Shown here: positions 21,766-33,754 of the stretch, one piece after another
Layout: every line of letters starts with the position of its first letter
Numbering within the stretch: position 1 is the stretch's first letter
Source: Cercozoa sp. M6MM
Lineage: Eukaryota > Protista > Endomyxa: Ascetosporea
Length of the DNA: 33,754 nucleotides
Reading direction: 5' to 3' (one strand)
Assembly (NCBI GenBank): GCA_040357565.1
Contig: JBDODJ010000122.1
Notes under the pieces: generated by a model
Told to the model about the DNA's origin: nothing
Seen by the model: the letters and a program-made list of their open reading frames with translations, nothing else
The model's database searches: none
Translations under genes and position numbers: made by a program

Positions 21766-23401
21766 ATGTCTGTTCGCGCCGAGTTCCTGGCCACGACGCG
21801 ACGCAGCGTTGCTGACGCACTACGCGCTCTGGGCTCTCGGGTGCGTCGTGCCATGTCGTGCAAATCAGGTTGTCATTTGTTTTTCTTGCAGATCACCGAA
21901 GGTGAAGCCAAGCTTCTCGGCGGTTTGGACGCCCGGTTGTCGCGTTTCCTAGTCGACTTTGAGCGGCTGGAGCGGCACGCTGACGTCGCCAGTGCCCGGC
22001 CAGACAGCGTAACTTCGCTGATCTGAGTTGATCTGTTTTTTTTTAATAGTCTGCTTGACAGAACAGTGAAGAGCGTGAATTATGGCACATCTTGCTCAAG
22101 ATGGAACTGCTCCGGTTGGTATGTATTGCTACTAGAAGTGTCTGACACAGAGATGTGTTGTGGATACTGCAGGACGAGCTCTTTGACACAGCTGTCGAAC
22201 GACAGGCACAGATGCTCGTGGTGCACTTTCGCGAGGTGCGGCGCTGCAATGCGATGCTCATTCGGCGCGCGATCGAGCGCTTCCGGCCACTCGAAGACAA
22301 GGGCGACAATGTCGGCGTTGCAGGAAGTGCCACAGACCAGACAAAGGCACAGTTCGATTGGACCGCCTTCTTTGTACAGATTTTGCGCGTAAGTCTCGGT
22401 GTATCTCCTCTATGACACGCAAGTTTATTCTTTGCTTTTGTTTACAGCGACCGGCGTTTTCTTCGGACAGAATAGCCAGGCACGTCATGCAGCAGAAAAT
22501 GCAAAAAGACAGCTTCCAATGCTCCTGCGTTTACTGTAAGGTCGAGCCAGCTCGTTCGCCCGTGTTGCTGCCGTGTGCACATCTTTCGTGCAAAGCGTGT
22601 CTCGGTATTTTCGCGCTCTGTCAACACGCTCGTTTGACTCGATCTTATGCCTGCTGCCGTTTCCAGGAGACACACCAAGTGTACTAGAATGCCCGTCATG
22701 CAAGTGCGTGTTTGCGTGGTCTGCTGTTCCTGCTGTTGATCCGATAGTCGATTCGCACATCAGATCTTTGGTGTGCTTTCGTTTTCCTCGAACTGGCAGC
22801 CTGTGTGCTGTACTGGTTGGAACGTGTAGTTCCCGTACGCCGAGGGACAGGAAGTCACTGCTGCCGAGACTCCCGAAGTGGACACCTCAGAGAGTGAAAG
22901 CAGCACTGTTCAGTCGTTCAGTGCGACAGCTCCAGTCACGCCAAAGAAACCTGATGTCTCACCGAAACAAACCGGTGCGGTCTTCTTCTCTGAAGTGCTC
23001 TTGTTGGTCTGAACGCTTCTGGCAGAGACAACGGCGCGCAGACCAGCGGTCGCTGCGAATGCCAAGGCAAGTGTCAGTGCTTTAGTGAGAGACTCTATGA
23101 GTGTGATGATGACGTGTTTCTGTTCGGATAGGTCTCGTGTCACCAGTGCAAGATCAAGAGTGTTCGGCCGTCGTCGCACCTGCTGTTTTGTTCCTCCGAT
23201 GTGCCTCGTCCAAAGGTGCTTTTTCTCATCGTTTTTGTTTCGTTTTGTTTTGTTTTGTCCGTTGTTGTGCTCTTTGGTTGTTCGACTCGGTTGTGTTGCC
23301 GACAGGGCACACGTGCTTGCCGAAAAAAGTACTGCCGTCGGTGTCTGCTCAAGTACTACACGAGCGACGAAGTCGACAAACTGATGGAGTCTGGGGTACT
23401 T

Positions 23402-23445
<44 letters not shown>

Positions 23446-23545
23446 NNNNNNNNNNNNNNNNNNNNNNNNNNNNNNNNNNNNNNNNNNNNNNNNNNNNNNN
23501 NNNNNNNNNNNNNNNNNNNNNNNNNNNNNNNNNNNNNNNNNNNNN

Positions 23546-23591
<46 letters not shown>

Positions 23592-23930
23592 CCCATTGTT
23601 CAAACTAAAACAACAACAACAACAAACAACAAACAACAACAACAACAATGCAGGGAGCATGGACTTGCCCGGCGTGTACCAAGAAGTGCATTTGCGCCAA
23701 GTGCCAGGTGCTGCTGACCTCTCCTTCAAAGGCTTTTGTTGTTGCGTGTCTCATCTGGTGGCGACTTGCAGCGTGACCGCGGCATCAAGGTGCAGAAACG
23801 CGCCAAGCCGGGTACCTCGCAACGAGCGCAGCGCAAGCGAGCCAAACAAAGCGACCACGACGCTGCTGACGACGCCGACAGACCGGCCAAGCGGCTGCGC
23901 ACCGGCCCAGCAATTCCGACCGACGTATGA
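21766..23930 (+). CDS. C3HC4 RING finger + zf-4CXXC_R1 zinc finger protein with basic (NLS-like) tail
   Basis: RING: CVYC..PVLLPCAHLSCKACL / ..CPSC. Second finger: SCHQCKIK..LLFC.. / ACRKKYCRRCLLKYY.. / WTCPACTKKCICAKC. The 100-N gap lies within an intron. Confidence 0.85.
23446..23545. other. Assembly gap (100 N) between (CT)n and (TA)n
   Basis: Run of N. The zinc finger exons on both sides stay collinear, which supports the scaffold join. Confidence 0.99.
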
Positions 23931-24482
23931 CACAACATAGAGTTACTGCACTTTTTCAGTAGTCATTGCCGTGACCCGTCCCGTGTGGAGGTCACAACGT
24001 AATCCATCGCATGTCTCAAACAAGTTTGAGACTGGAGAGAAGTTTCGTTTTGGCTTGGTGCCTTGCTCTGAGACATAACCACTGACTCAGCGGATTGCTG
24101 TTGCTGTGGATCTTGCAGAGAAGCAGAAAGCGCCGTCACTGCTTCAGCCTGGTCAGCTCAGATAGCTCGTTGGCTGGTTTCCATTCCACTCACTTCGTCG
24201 TGTGTTCAGAGGACGTCGTCCTTCAGTCAAGATCCAGTGTGTGGGATCACTTCGAGACCCAGTACGGGGTATTTCACCTTCAGTTCTAAGTGCTTAAGAT
24301 ACCCTGCTTTGATCAATACACATCTATAACCGCCAGGCTGGTTCAAAATTCCTGAAACCCCAAAAAGCCGTCCCAGATCCCGAGCATTCCTGCATGAGCT
24401 CATTAGCGTCACCGTGCGACAACGATTTTGCTCGAGTGCCAGCGTGTTCCGAGTGCAGTGTGCGCTCAAAATTGTGTCTAAA

Positions 24483-25641
24483 ATGTCTGATAGTGATAGC
24501 AGTGACAGGTATGATCTCGAGCCGACACTTTTTGTTGTTTTCGATCATCATGCACGCGGGCTGTCCAATTGCAGCTCCTTCCGCGCGCCGGATACGTCGG
24601 ACGCAAGTTTCGCCGCTCCACCGAGCGACATTGATCTGTAGGTTTGTCGTAGTTTGTGTCATAAGAAACGCCGTAGGATTGATGCTGACAGGACGGACTT
24701 GGAGGCACCGCGCGAGATGGTGGAGGAGGCCATCTTGCGCTACCTGCGGCGGCATGGCTACAAAAAAACGTAGACTGACCTCTGCAACTTGACCTGTGTC
24801 TGGACAGGGTACTTGTGTCTTTGTTGCAGTGCCTCGATGTTCGAGCTGGAGTCGCCGTTCGTGGACCACGTGTCGGATGCCGAGAACGAGGAGGCCGACT
24901 TGCCGCCGCCGCCGTCTGGTGCGACTTGTTTAAGGCTGCGTTGCAACTCTCTCTCAACACCGACGGTCTTTTGCTTGTGTCCGCAGAGGACGAGGCGCCG
25001 ACTGCTGCCGACATTGCGGCAGAGAAGGTGTGTGTGTGTGTGTGTCTTTGTCAGGGGCTATAGTAGACAGACAGGTTTGTTGGTATCCAGGGTACCACAC
25101 TGACCACGGTACTGGAGGCAGGCATGGCACTCCGCGTGGCTGCCGACAAGCACCACATGACTGTCAAGTGCGTTGTCTACATTAGTACATCTGTACAGGT
25201 CATATGCCTGTGTGTACAGTCCCCTGGCTACCAAGGGCAAGAGACGCAAGGGTATTTGTTATTGACAAGCCTATCTACTAACTGACTGACATCCCGTCCG
25301 CGTGGACAGGTCGCACGGACTCCATGATCATCCGCGAGGAACGAGAGGCCATCCTGCAGCGGCACCGCTCGCACCAGCGACTGCAGACCGCCAAGAAAAA
25401 GCACCACGTGCGTGTCGACTCCTACGGACTGGCCGATAACTTTGGTGCTGACCCTTGGTTTTTATTTGTGACCCACTGATACTCTCTGGTCTGATACGCA
25501 CTGAGTGATGCAGACTTTGACATGAATTTCGACGTGCAACCGCCGGCGCTGCAGGAGCCGCAGCAGCTGTCCACGGAAGGAGGCGCCGGCATGAGCAACG
25601 AGTTCGTCGTGCCGCCCACAATGGACCGACGCAGCGCGTAG
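24483..25641 (+). CDS. Small LisH-motif protein; last exon uncertain
   Basis: MSDSDSSD..; REMVEEAILRYLRRHGYKKT/ASMFELES is a LisH motif. Phase-consistent exons continue to TAG at 25639-25641. Confidence 0.72.
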
Positions 25642-25853
25642 GCTCCGCTCTCGTCGCTTTTGCCAGAAACTGTCAGTCATTTCAGCTGTAACTTTTATTG
25701 TCCTGTATCTACTGCAACCGAACTACCGCGCCGTATATGCGATGTGTACTACCACATGGGACGAGCTGCACGGCGGAGAAATCCCAGAACAAAGTCAAAA
25801 TTCGTTTTTCCCTTGTTTAAACCCGTAGTTACAGTCACGACTTAAAGTTGTGC

Positions 25854-26437
25854 ATGCTGCATTTTGCCGATGCTCGTGAGGTGTCTAACGTTTCAATTTA
25901 TAAATTTGTTCGCGCTGGTATTGTTTGGTTGTTGTGCAGCACGTGTTGTCACAGACCACCAGTATGTGACAATCTACTCTGCCCATCTGTGCTGCTGATC
26001 ATCCCTTCCGCGGACAAGCAGCATTCTTTTTTCTTGTCATTCCGTCCTGCGCAGTGGTCAGAATGGTCCTGCGGTACCTGACAACCGCGGATTTAATATC
26101 TTGCGCAAGCGTTAACCGTCACTGGCTCACTGAGACTCGGCACAGTCTGATCGAAAGTGGTCACAGTGACCACTTGTACGAACTGCAGGTGGCACGTGCA
26201 CTCAGCGGCAACACTGACGGTTCCGACGCATTTGGCACCGAGGTCGGTGTGCTGCCGCTGTGCGAGAGTGTCGATGCATTCGCTTCGGCCTCGTGTACCC
26301 CTGCCTTACCCTTACCCGTCCTTTACCCCTTACCCGTTAACCCACCCCATACCGTAGTTCAGAAGAAGCGCGACGCACTGGGACCAGTGTTCGCGATCGA
26401 CAATGTCAAGTGCGCCTCCCTGCGTATCTATGTATAT

Positions 26438-26482
<45 letters not shown>

Positions 26483-27893
26483 TATATGTATATATATATA
26501 TGTATATTATATATATATATATATGTATATTTTTTTTTTGTAGAACTTAACTATCCTCAAAATAAAAATATTATCTGGCTACACTGTACAAAGATATATA
26601 TATATATATATATATATATGCCTATACTGTATATATATATATATACCTCTACTATTTCTTATAAAGTACATAGGTGTGTGTGCTTCTTTGCACGTTGAAT
26701 GGGGTTCGCAGGCGACAGTGCGAGCATGCAGCTGCGCGTGCTGGTGCTGGCGTCGCGCGGCGTGGCGCTGCTGAACTGGCAGCGACACCCGCTCACTGTG
26801 TCCGGGCATTCGCAGTGTCATGGTGACACGAAGACACGTGTTGGTGATCGCAGTAACGGTGACACTGACAGAGACACTGACGGTGACACTGACACTGACG
26901 GTGACTACTACTACGAGATCAACGCAGTCGAAAGCAACACGCGGCCGACGCTGCTGCGTCGCTGGTCGCTCGAAGCGCTTTTTTCGGCCGGCGTGCGCCG
27001 AACCATCGAACTCGCTGTGCACATGCACGTGGACTGTAGTTTTACCCTCCTGCCTTTACCCCTATCCCTACCCTTACCCACCTCCTGCCCCTGCCCTGCC
27101 CTACCCCTGCCCCTGCCCCTACCCCTAACTCCTACCCCTACTTCCTACCCCCTACTCGTACCCCTACCCCCTACCCCCCTGCACAGGGAAGAGGAACATT
27201 GCAATGCTCGTGCGACATGTCAAGACTGTAAACTAACTGAGTTGTGTGTCGATGGACTGCACTAACCTGGAGTCTCCTCTGTGCGTGTGGTCACTTAGGG
27301 CGTCGACGGTTTACTGCTCGATCTGAGCGACGTGCGTCGCGTGCGATGGTTTCACCTGCGTGATGTTGGTACTTTGTGACACACGAGGTGGCTACAGTGG
27401 CTGTACCAGATGCGACATGTCAATGATCAGACGTGTTCCTCACTTCGCGTCTGCGAATACGGCCCAACTACCAGGGTGCTCTATCAATAAATATACTGCC
27501 TACTTCTTTATATATGTATTATTATTTACATGTGTGTATATATATGTATCCCTGTACATATAGCATGTTAGATATATACAGTAGTAAAGATACAAAGATA
27601 AACAGATATGCTTATGTTTGTAGGCTTATATGTATGAAGATAGACAGATGTACATACAGGCTGGAGCGACAAGGGCACCTTTGCTAACGTGGAGTTGGAG
27701 GACGCCGACCCAGACAGCAACAGCAACAGCAGCAGCAGCAGCACGAGATTCCTCCTGTTCGATCAACGTGGCGACAATGACGACAAGTACAACGACCACA
27801 CTGCCAACAAGGTTGTTCGTGCCTGTACTGCCACTGCAGTACCTGGCATTACTGTCACCCTCGATAAGACTGACTTGATTGTACTCTCTGCTT

Positions 27894-27954
<61 letters not shown>

Positions 27955-29481
27955 TACACTGCCGACTGCGGGAGTCGCGTGGTGCTGCCGCTGCCGCAGT
28001 TTCAGCGGCGCACTCGCTACACCATCAGTCAGGTGCGCAGGTGGCATGGTACATCACTCAGTCAAGTCACTCAGTCATATCACTCAGTCACCGCACCGTC
28101 AGTAATGATCATTGACACTCAGGTGACACTGTGACGGTGCATGTTGAGTCTTCGCGAAACTACTACTTTGACGTTGCCATCTTGCATCCAATGTACCCAC
28201 TTCTTGTTTAACTTGGTACATTAGTATGTATACCTGATGTATCTACAGTCGAGGAGCAACCTTATTGTCGTCTCTAACACGTAAGATTTCCCTGTATGCA
28301 CATACACATTCAAGTGTGTTTCGGACTGCGCTTGATTTGCTTAGGAACAGCTTCGAAAAAGTGCGACTTTATTGGCGTGCACTATGGTAAACATTGACAA
28401 CTGAGAGAGTGAGAGTGAAATGGAGGGAGAGAGAGGAAGCGTACGTGTGTGTCTGTAGATGTCGTGTTGGCCAAGGCGCGGAACCGCGACCACAGTGATT
28501 CGTCGATGCGCATCATTGACTTGACAAGTTTCGCTGACGTTCATGCTTCGTCCAGTCGCGTGCTTTCTAGTCGGGGTACCACTTTACTCTGTTTGACTAG
28601 GGTTACACTTTAAGGTCACTCTGACGTTCTGCTCTTTGATACAGACCCGCACAGCATTGTTCTTGACTGGTAGATTGACCTGTGACCTGAGTCTGTGGTG
28701 TATACAGTAGTACTATGATGTTTGATTTGTGTTGAACAGTAACGGTAAACAAACGGTAGTGCCGACGACGCCGATGGTAGCACCTGGCACACCAATCGGT
28801 CGCTCAGTTTCCGCTGCAGGCTTCACTTGCGTCGGTGCCTCCCACGGCACCCTGTGCTTGGTGCACAACAACAGCGACGACGATGTTGTATCCTCTGCAT
28901 TTTCTTGGCATCAAAAAGAAGGCATGGCATGACTCACTTGTATCGACAGCTACGTGCTCCGTTGGCAACCCGCATTCTGCTGCGTCGCTTGGCTGGTACA
29001 CCTATGTGTCTGTATGTACAGACTGTGGACTCTGGACATGGCACAGGACATGAGTTGCACGGCCTCAAACTGGTGGACTGTGTGCGTCTGCCGCCTCGTG
29101 ACACTGTGGAGGACGGTATCAGATCAATGTTGCAGGCTGCTTCTTCGCATAGCATGCGAGAGGAGGCTGCGACTCTGCGTTGTGGCGTCATTGCTGCGGT
29201 TTACTTTTTTGTTTTTCATGCCTGTTTGGAATATCAGACACGGTTTTGGCACCCACAGTTGCTGCAACTGTGCAAAGCAAGTGCTGCGTGTACGCACGTC
29301 AGCGCAGGCGGCCTGGTTCCCTATGGTACCAGTACGAACTATGAAAGGTCTCAAAAAGAATGTCGTCGTTGTGCACACAGAAGGAAAGCACGCAGTGTCG
29401 GCGAGTGCTCTCGTGGACACTGTCGTGGTCTGCATGCACGATATCGTAGCTTTAGCTTTATAGTCTTTCGTTTGGTCTACT

Positions 29482-29515
<34 letters not shown>

Positions 29516-30230
29516 AACTCAGATGAGACTCCCGGATGAGCACGAGAACGCGCTGCACTCGATTCAACAGAGACGCGTCCGCAAGGCGATCCGCAGTTGC
29601 GTCAAAGTAAGTGTTGGCATTGACACACACACACGCATCGCATCTGCCTGCGTATGTACTGCCCGAGTATACTCGCAGTGCGGCTACCTGCGACTGCGTC
29701 TGTGTCTGAGTGTCAAAGACATGCGCATCTCGGTCGGTGAACTCTCTGAGGCTGCCAGAGTGCTGCGCCGGCAGACGCACTTCGAACCGAGCGAGCGCGT
29801 GAAACTTTCGATCCTCGCGGAACCGACCGCTGTGCTGACCGACTTGTGGACGCAGTTGTACCGCAGTTTACCACTACCATATTTGTTTACTATATGTACT
29901 GCATGCATTCCTGGCTGATCTGTGCAAATTAGTCAACAAGAGAACACGATAGGCACACGAGACTTGCTGCACTTTGTGCACTCGCTCTCATGGCGCGAGT
30001 ACGAGTACTCGCGTGTGGCCGACTTGCCGAAGAACGTGTCAGTCGCCTGGAGCAACGGCGTCTTAGACCGCGTGCAGTCACTCGCTATGGCTGAGAACAT
30101 CTTCCGCGTGTACCTGTCCTCTCTGCCTGGTCACGATCAGCTTTCACTGGTCAAGACTTACTGCATTGCCTACTGACAGGGAGTTCTTACTGCTTCCGTC
30201 GGCCACCCGTGTATATTGGACGTGGACTCC
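25854..30230 (+). CDS. Large F-box-domain protein; 3' structure uncertain, may be two genes
   Basis: MLHFADARE / HVLSQTT / MVRMVLRYLTTADLISCASVNRHW is an F-box motif. A long run of + strand GT-AG-bounded coding-like exons follows to about 30.2 kb with no further recognisable domain. Confidence 0.55.
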
Positions 30231-30650
30231 TGAGGCTGCGTACCAAGACTCTTTCTGTGTTTTGCTGAGTTATGTGTGATGTCGTACCATGACTCTCTCC
30301 ATTTTCTGGTGACAGCAAAGACGTGACGATGCGGCAGCACTCGAGTCTCCATGTGGCGGCGAGTCGTGTTTACGCCGTGTGCGCCGACCCAAATGGCTGC
30401 ATCGCCAGTCGCTTTCTTCTGCCGACTAATGACCCGTGAACTTAGTCCCGGCCAAAGTGGGTGATCGAGCCGTATACTTTTCTACATGTGCCATCGCATC
30501 AAACACTACCGTACTGCGTCGGTCTTCGTCCTATATTTTTCCGCGAGGAAAATACCAAAAAGTTGAACAAAGCCCAGGCTTAGCATGAAAAGGGAGCTCT
30601 GCCTTTCAGTTTAGGCCAGACGCCAACGTTAACGTCAAAAGCAAGACCCG

Positions 30651-32437
30651 ATGTTTGAGAGCGATAGTGATGAGGTCGTCAAAGCCCCAACAGGTGACTT
30701 CCATTGAATTGCTTTGCTGCATGTTGCATCGCTCTACTCACAAAAGGCGCAGAGAGGTTATTGTATCTTTGGGTTTTCAGATGTGAAAGAGGACAAGAAA
30801 TCCGCCGAAGAAGCAGCGCGAGAGACTTCGACCAAAGGGTTGTTACCGAAGCTCAGTTTCGGGTCAGTTGCCCGCGATGAGCATTTGCCGCAAGGCGCGT
30901 TGCCGATACCTCGACTCGACGAGTTAGCACTGCGTGCGCTCGCAAGCACGTTTCACGAAGCTCCAGGTCTCATTGCCACTATCTATTTGGCTCGCTCGGT
31001 CTCTCTGTGGGAAGTGCGGTTTTTGGGACAGTGATCGACTTTGTGGGCGAGAAGTACGCGGCCTCGCTGGCCGAGATGCTGTCCGATGAAGTGCTTGAAC
31101 AGTGCATGATCGCAGACAACCTGCTACGAATCTGTACACACGTGCATCACGACAGGTTCTACAAGAGACTGCTCGAGTATTGGCAACCGACTCGTGTGTA
31201 CGAACTAAGCGACTTTGGCGACTCGCATAAACGCGCCTTTTGCGAGCTGTACGCGAATCACTTGATCTCCGATTTCTCGGCCCGAACGGCAGACGACTTT
31301 CTCGAAAAACCGCTCATCATCGACCGACGTCGACCGGTCCGAGTGGAGGAAGAACAACTGGCGGCAGAAAAGGCCGACAATGCGAACCAAGAGGCCTTTC
31401 GTTTCATGGAGCGGTTCATGAAAGGCGCGGCTCATCGGATCTTTGAGCTGCGAATCGCTGCAGTGCCGGCGAAACTGCCGCTGCGACGACTGTTGAAGCA
31501 CTTGCGGTGGGTGCACCATTTGTCGCTCACCTTCCTGCCACGCAACGTGAGTTTCGAGACGCACAGCAAAGAATACGGAGTCACGATGCGAGAGGTCAAG
31601 GAGCTCGCAAAGGCGCTTCGACAAATGCCGTCGCTAGCGAGTCTGGCCGTCAATGAGTCCGGGGTACTTTTCTCTGCACAATGCGTGTCTATTTAGTCTT
31701 CATGTTGAGAGGAGAGGTGCTTTAAACTCAGTTGACTGACACGATGCTGTCGGTGTTGATCGAGGAGGGTTTGTCGAAATCAAACACGCTGACCAAACTC
31801 GAGGTACAGTAAGTTCAGTTAGTTTTCACTAAATTTATTTAGCACAGGACAAATGATCATTATGCATGAAAACAGTTGAGCTGGAATCGTTTGACATCGG
31901 CCAGTTGGAAGAAGCTCGGTGAGTGGCTCAAGCACCGGCCTGTTCTGACGAAACTCGTTCTCAAATACAACCGGCTTGAGTAAGTTTCACTCAGCTATAC
32001 TGCAAGTTGCGAGTTATTGTATACGCAGAGACGAAGGAATAGACGACTTCTTGGTCTCGCTGTCGTCCAACGGAGTTCTAGAGTGCCTGGACGTCACCTT
32101 CAACCCGGGCATCAGCAAGCACGGCGAGCAGCAACTCGAGAACGAGATCGAGAAACTCGTGGAATTCGGCATCTTTCGCAACGGCTTTCGTCTGTGTCTC
32201 GGCTCCTACGGCGACGACTACGTGGTCGACTTTAAGCCCTCCGAGTCTGCCGACAGTGCACTGTTGTATCAACGCATGCGACGCGAACAAGAGTGGTTCA
32301 AGCGCAACGTCGAAGTCGCCCTGCGAATGCACAAGCCGGGTCCTGTTGATCAACTGTCTGTGCTCGACAGCAACACTAGCGCCTTGCAGAAAGTCAGCGA
32401 GCTCGAGTCTGAAGAACTTGAAGAGCGACCGAACTGA
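30651..32437 (+). CDS. TCTE1: TCTE1/DRC5-like leucine-rich-repeat protein (nexin-dynein regulatory complex)
   Basis: IPRLDELALRALASTF..; ICTHVHHDRFYKRLLEYW..ELSDFGDSHKRAFCELY resembles the TCTE1 'DxxYW+R..HGxSWKRxFFE' block. RI-type LRRs follow (LASLAVNES, LTKLE/LSWNRL, LTKLVLKYNRL, LECLDVTFNP). TGA at 32435-32437. Confidence 0.72.
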
Positions 32438-33018
32438 AAAAGTGTGCTCAAACTGGAATGAAACTCAGCTCATGTGGCGTGAGTTCGGCATCTCCAGGCA
32501 CCCTCAGTCGCATAAATTTAAATCGAATTTGGATTACAACTGACAGAAACTGCGGCCCAAATCCAGTGAGTCTAAATTTACTAAGAAACCGCCTCTACAA
32601 ATCAAACCTGCTAACTTAGTTGTGCTGACCAAACACACTATCTTTTTTGGATCAAGGTTTTCGGCTCAAAAATTGGGCCGCCCGAAAGGGGTGGGTTCCC
32701 GAAACCGGCTATGCTGGACCTCTGTACCAGTCGTACTGCGCCAGCACCCTTAGCTACACGATATCAAACGATGTCGTTCCCTTGTACCGTCGCAGTCAGG
32801 ATGTGGCCATCCACGCCAACTCCTTCAAGCAGTTTTACCTAACTTACTGCCAGCCAGTGTGCGGTGGGTGCTTGCATTCCGTCCGGAGCAGTTCGATTGA
32901 TGAAATTGATTGATTCTTACGTTAATCAGATACGAACATGAATAAAACGCGGAATGAAATCAAACTGAAATAAAAACAACTGGACGCCGAGCGACGGAAA
33001 CAACGCAAGACTGCAGAG

Positions 33019-33754
33019 TCAGCGTTGTCGTTGGCGCTGCTGCGAGGGTCGCACCAGTCGCAGCGACGCACTGCGTCCGCGACTCGGCACTTCCGACAGG
33101 AGCGACCTTCCTGTAAGACACCATACTCGCATCAGTGGCATCCCGCTGATCCAAGAGGCACACGCAAGTACCAACACTGTCCGATGAGTTGCTGCTGTCC
33201 TTTCTGTCCACACACACACGAATACAAACTACATATATATATATATATGTGTGTGTGTGTATACTTTTATCTACATATATATTGGATATCTACATAGATA
33301 TACAAGCACATGGACAAGAGAATCCCCTACTGCGAGGAGAAGACAGTGGAGATACTGGTGCGCACAGAGCTGCTGTCGCCGGCGACACTCTGCACGTGTA
33401 GGTACAGGTACAGGTAGTACACATAGTACAGGTAGACATAGTACAGGTACAAGTATTACAGGTACAAGTAGTACAGGTACAAGTACATGTACAGATAGGA
33501 CAGGCAGGGGGACAGCAGGTACCTTGAGTCGCAGTGTCGGCACGCGTCGGATGCGCGAGGAGGCAGAGGAAGAGGCAGAGGAAGAGGCAGAGGAGGCAGA
33601 GGAAGAGGAGGAGGCCTCGAGGTTGGCACGCCGACTGAGACGCAGCGTGACACTGCCGCTGCGCGTGGTCTGCAGCGACGCCTCCTCCTGCCCGAGGATG
33701 GACTCGAGGTAACTCGTGGGTGCCCAACCTGTCCAAACATACAGACGTACGGTA
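33019..33754 (-). CDS. 3' end of an SH3-domain-containing gene with a Ser-rich tail (partial)
   Basis: The exon after the acceptor near 33729 reads (G)WAPTSYLESIL.., the GWxPxSYL terminal motif of SH3 domains. Ser-rich exons follow, ending ..RPSQQRQRQR* at 33019. Confidence 0.6.

Noticed and set aside
23067-23131. Possible GC-AG intron (AAG|GCAAGT)
   Set aside because: In-phase GT donors at 23073 and 23085 explain the junction equally well; it cannot be decided without RNA data.
26696-26701. In-frame TGA-ATG junction between consecutive ORFs (similar cases near 4528, 11568 and 25966), suggesting stop-codon reassignment or selenocysteine
   Set aside because: Ordinary introns or other frames remove or bypass these stops (e.g. 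26424-26711, 11575-11635, donor at 25962); the 4528 case is in an unresolved region. TGA, TAG and TAA each terminate well-conserved genes here.
27041-27180. Interstitial telomeric array
   Set aside because: Degenerate CCCTAC/CCCTGC units confined to an intron; no perfect array.

Overview
Gene-dense, intron-rich eukaryotic (protist-like, probably flagellated) genomic DNA. It uses the standard genetic code (TAA, TAG and TGA all end genes), has short GT-AG introns full of microsatellites, and has two N-gaps. The six-frame ORF track is largely uninformative, so I assembled genes by hand from splice sites. In order: ANF-receptor/class C GPCR-type ectodomain gene (-, partial); ZNF207/BuGZ (+); a poorly resolved region with one or two orphan genes and an ~85-bp duplication; TTD14-like P-loop + CYTH protein (-); DEDDy 3'-5' exonuclease (+); a nine-exon homologue of the bacterial type VI secretion tube protein Hcp (+); universal stress protein (-); Sec1/Munc18 (-); RING + zf-4CXXC_R1 protein (+); LisH protein (+); F-box protein (+); TCTE1/DRC5 (+); and the 3' end of an SH3-containing gene (-). 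The main find is the spliced, host-like Hcp gene at 14054-15324, which no single ORF shows. All family calls come from motif recognition by eye; no searches were run.
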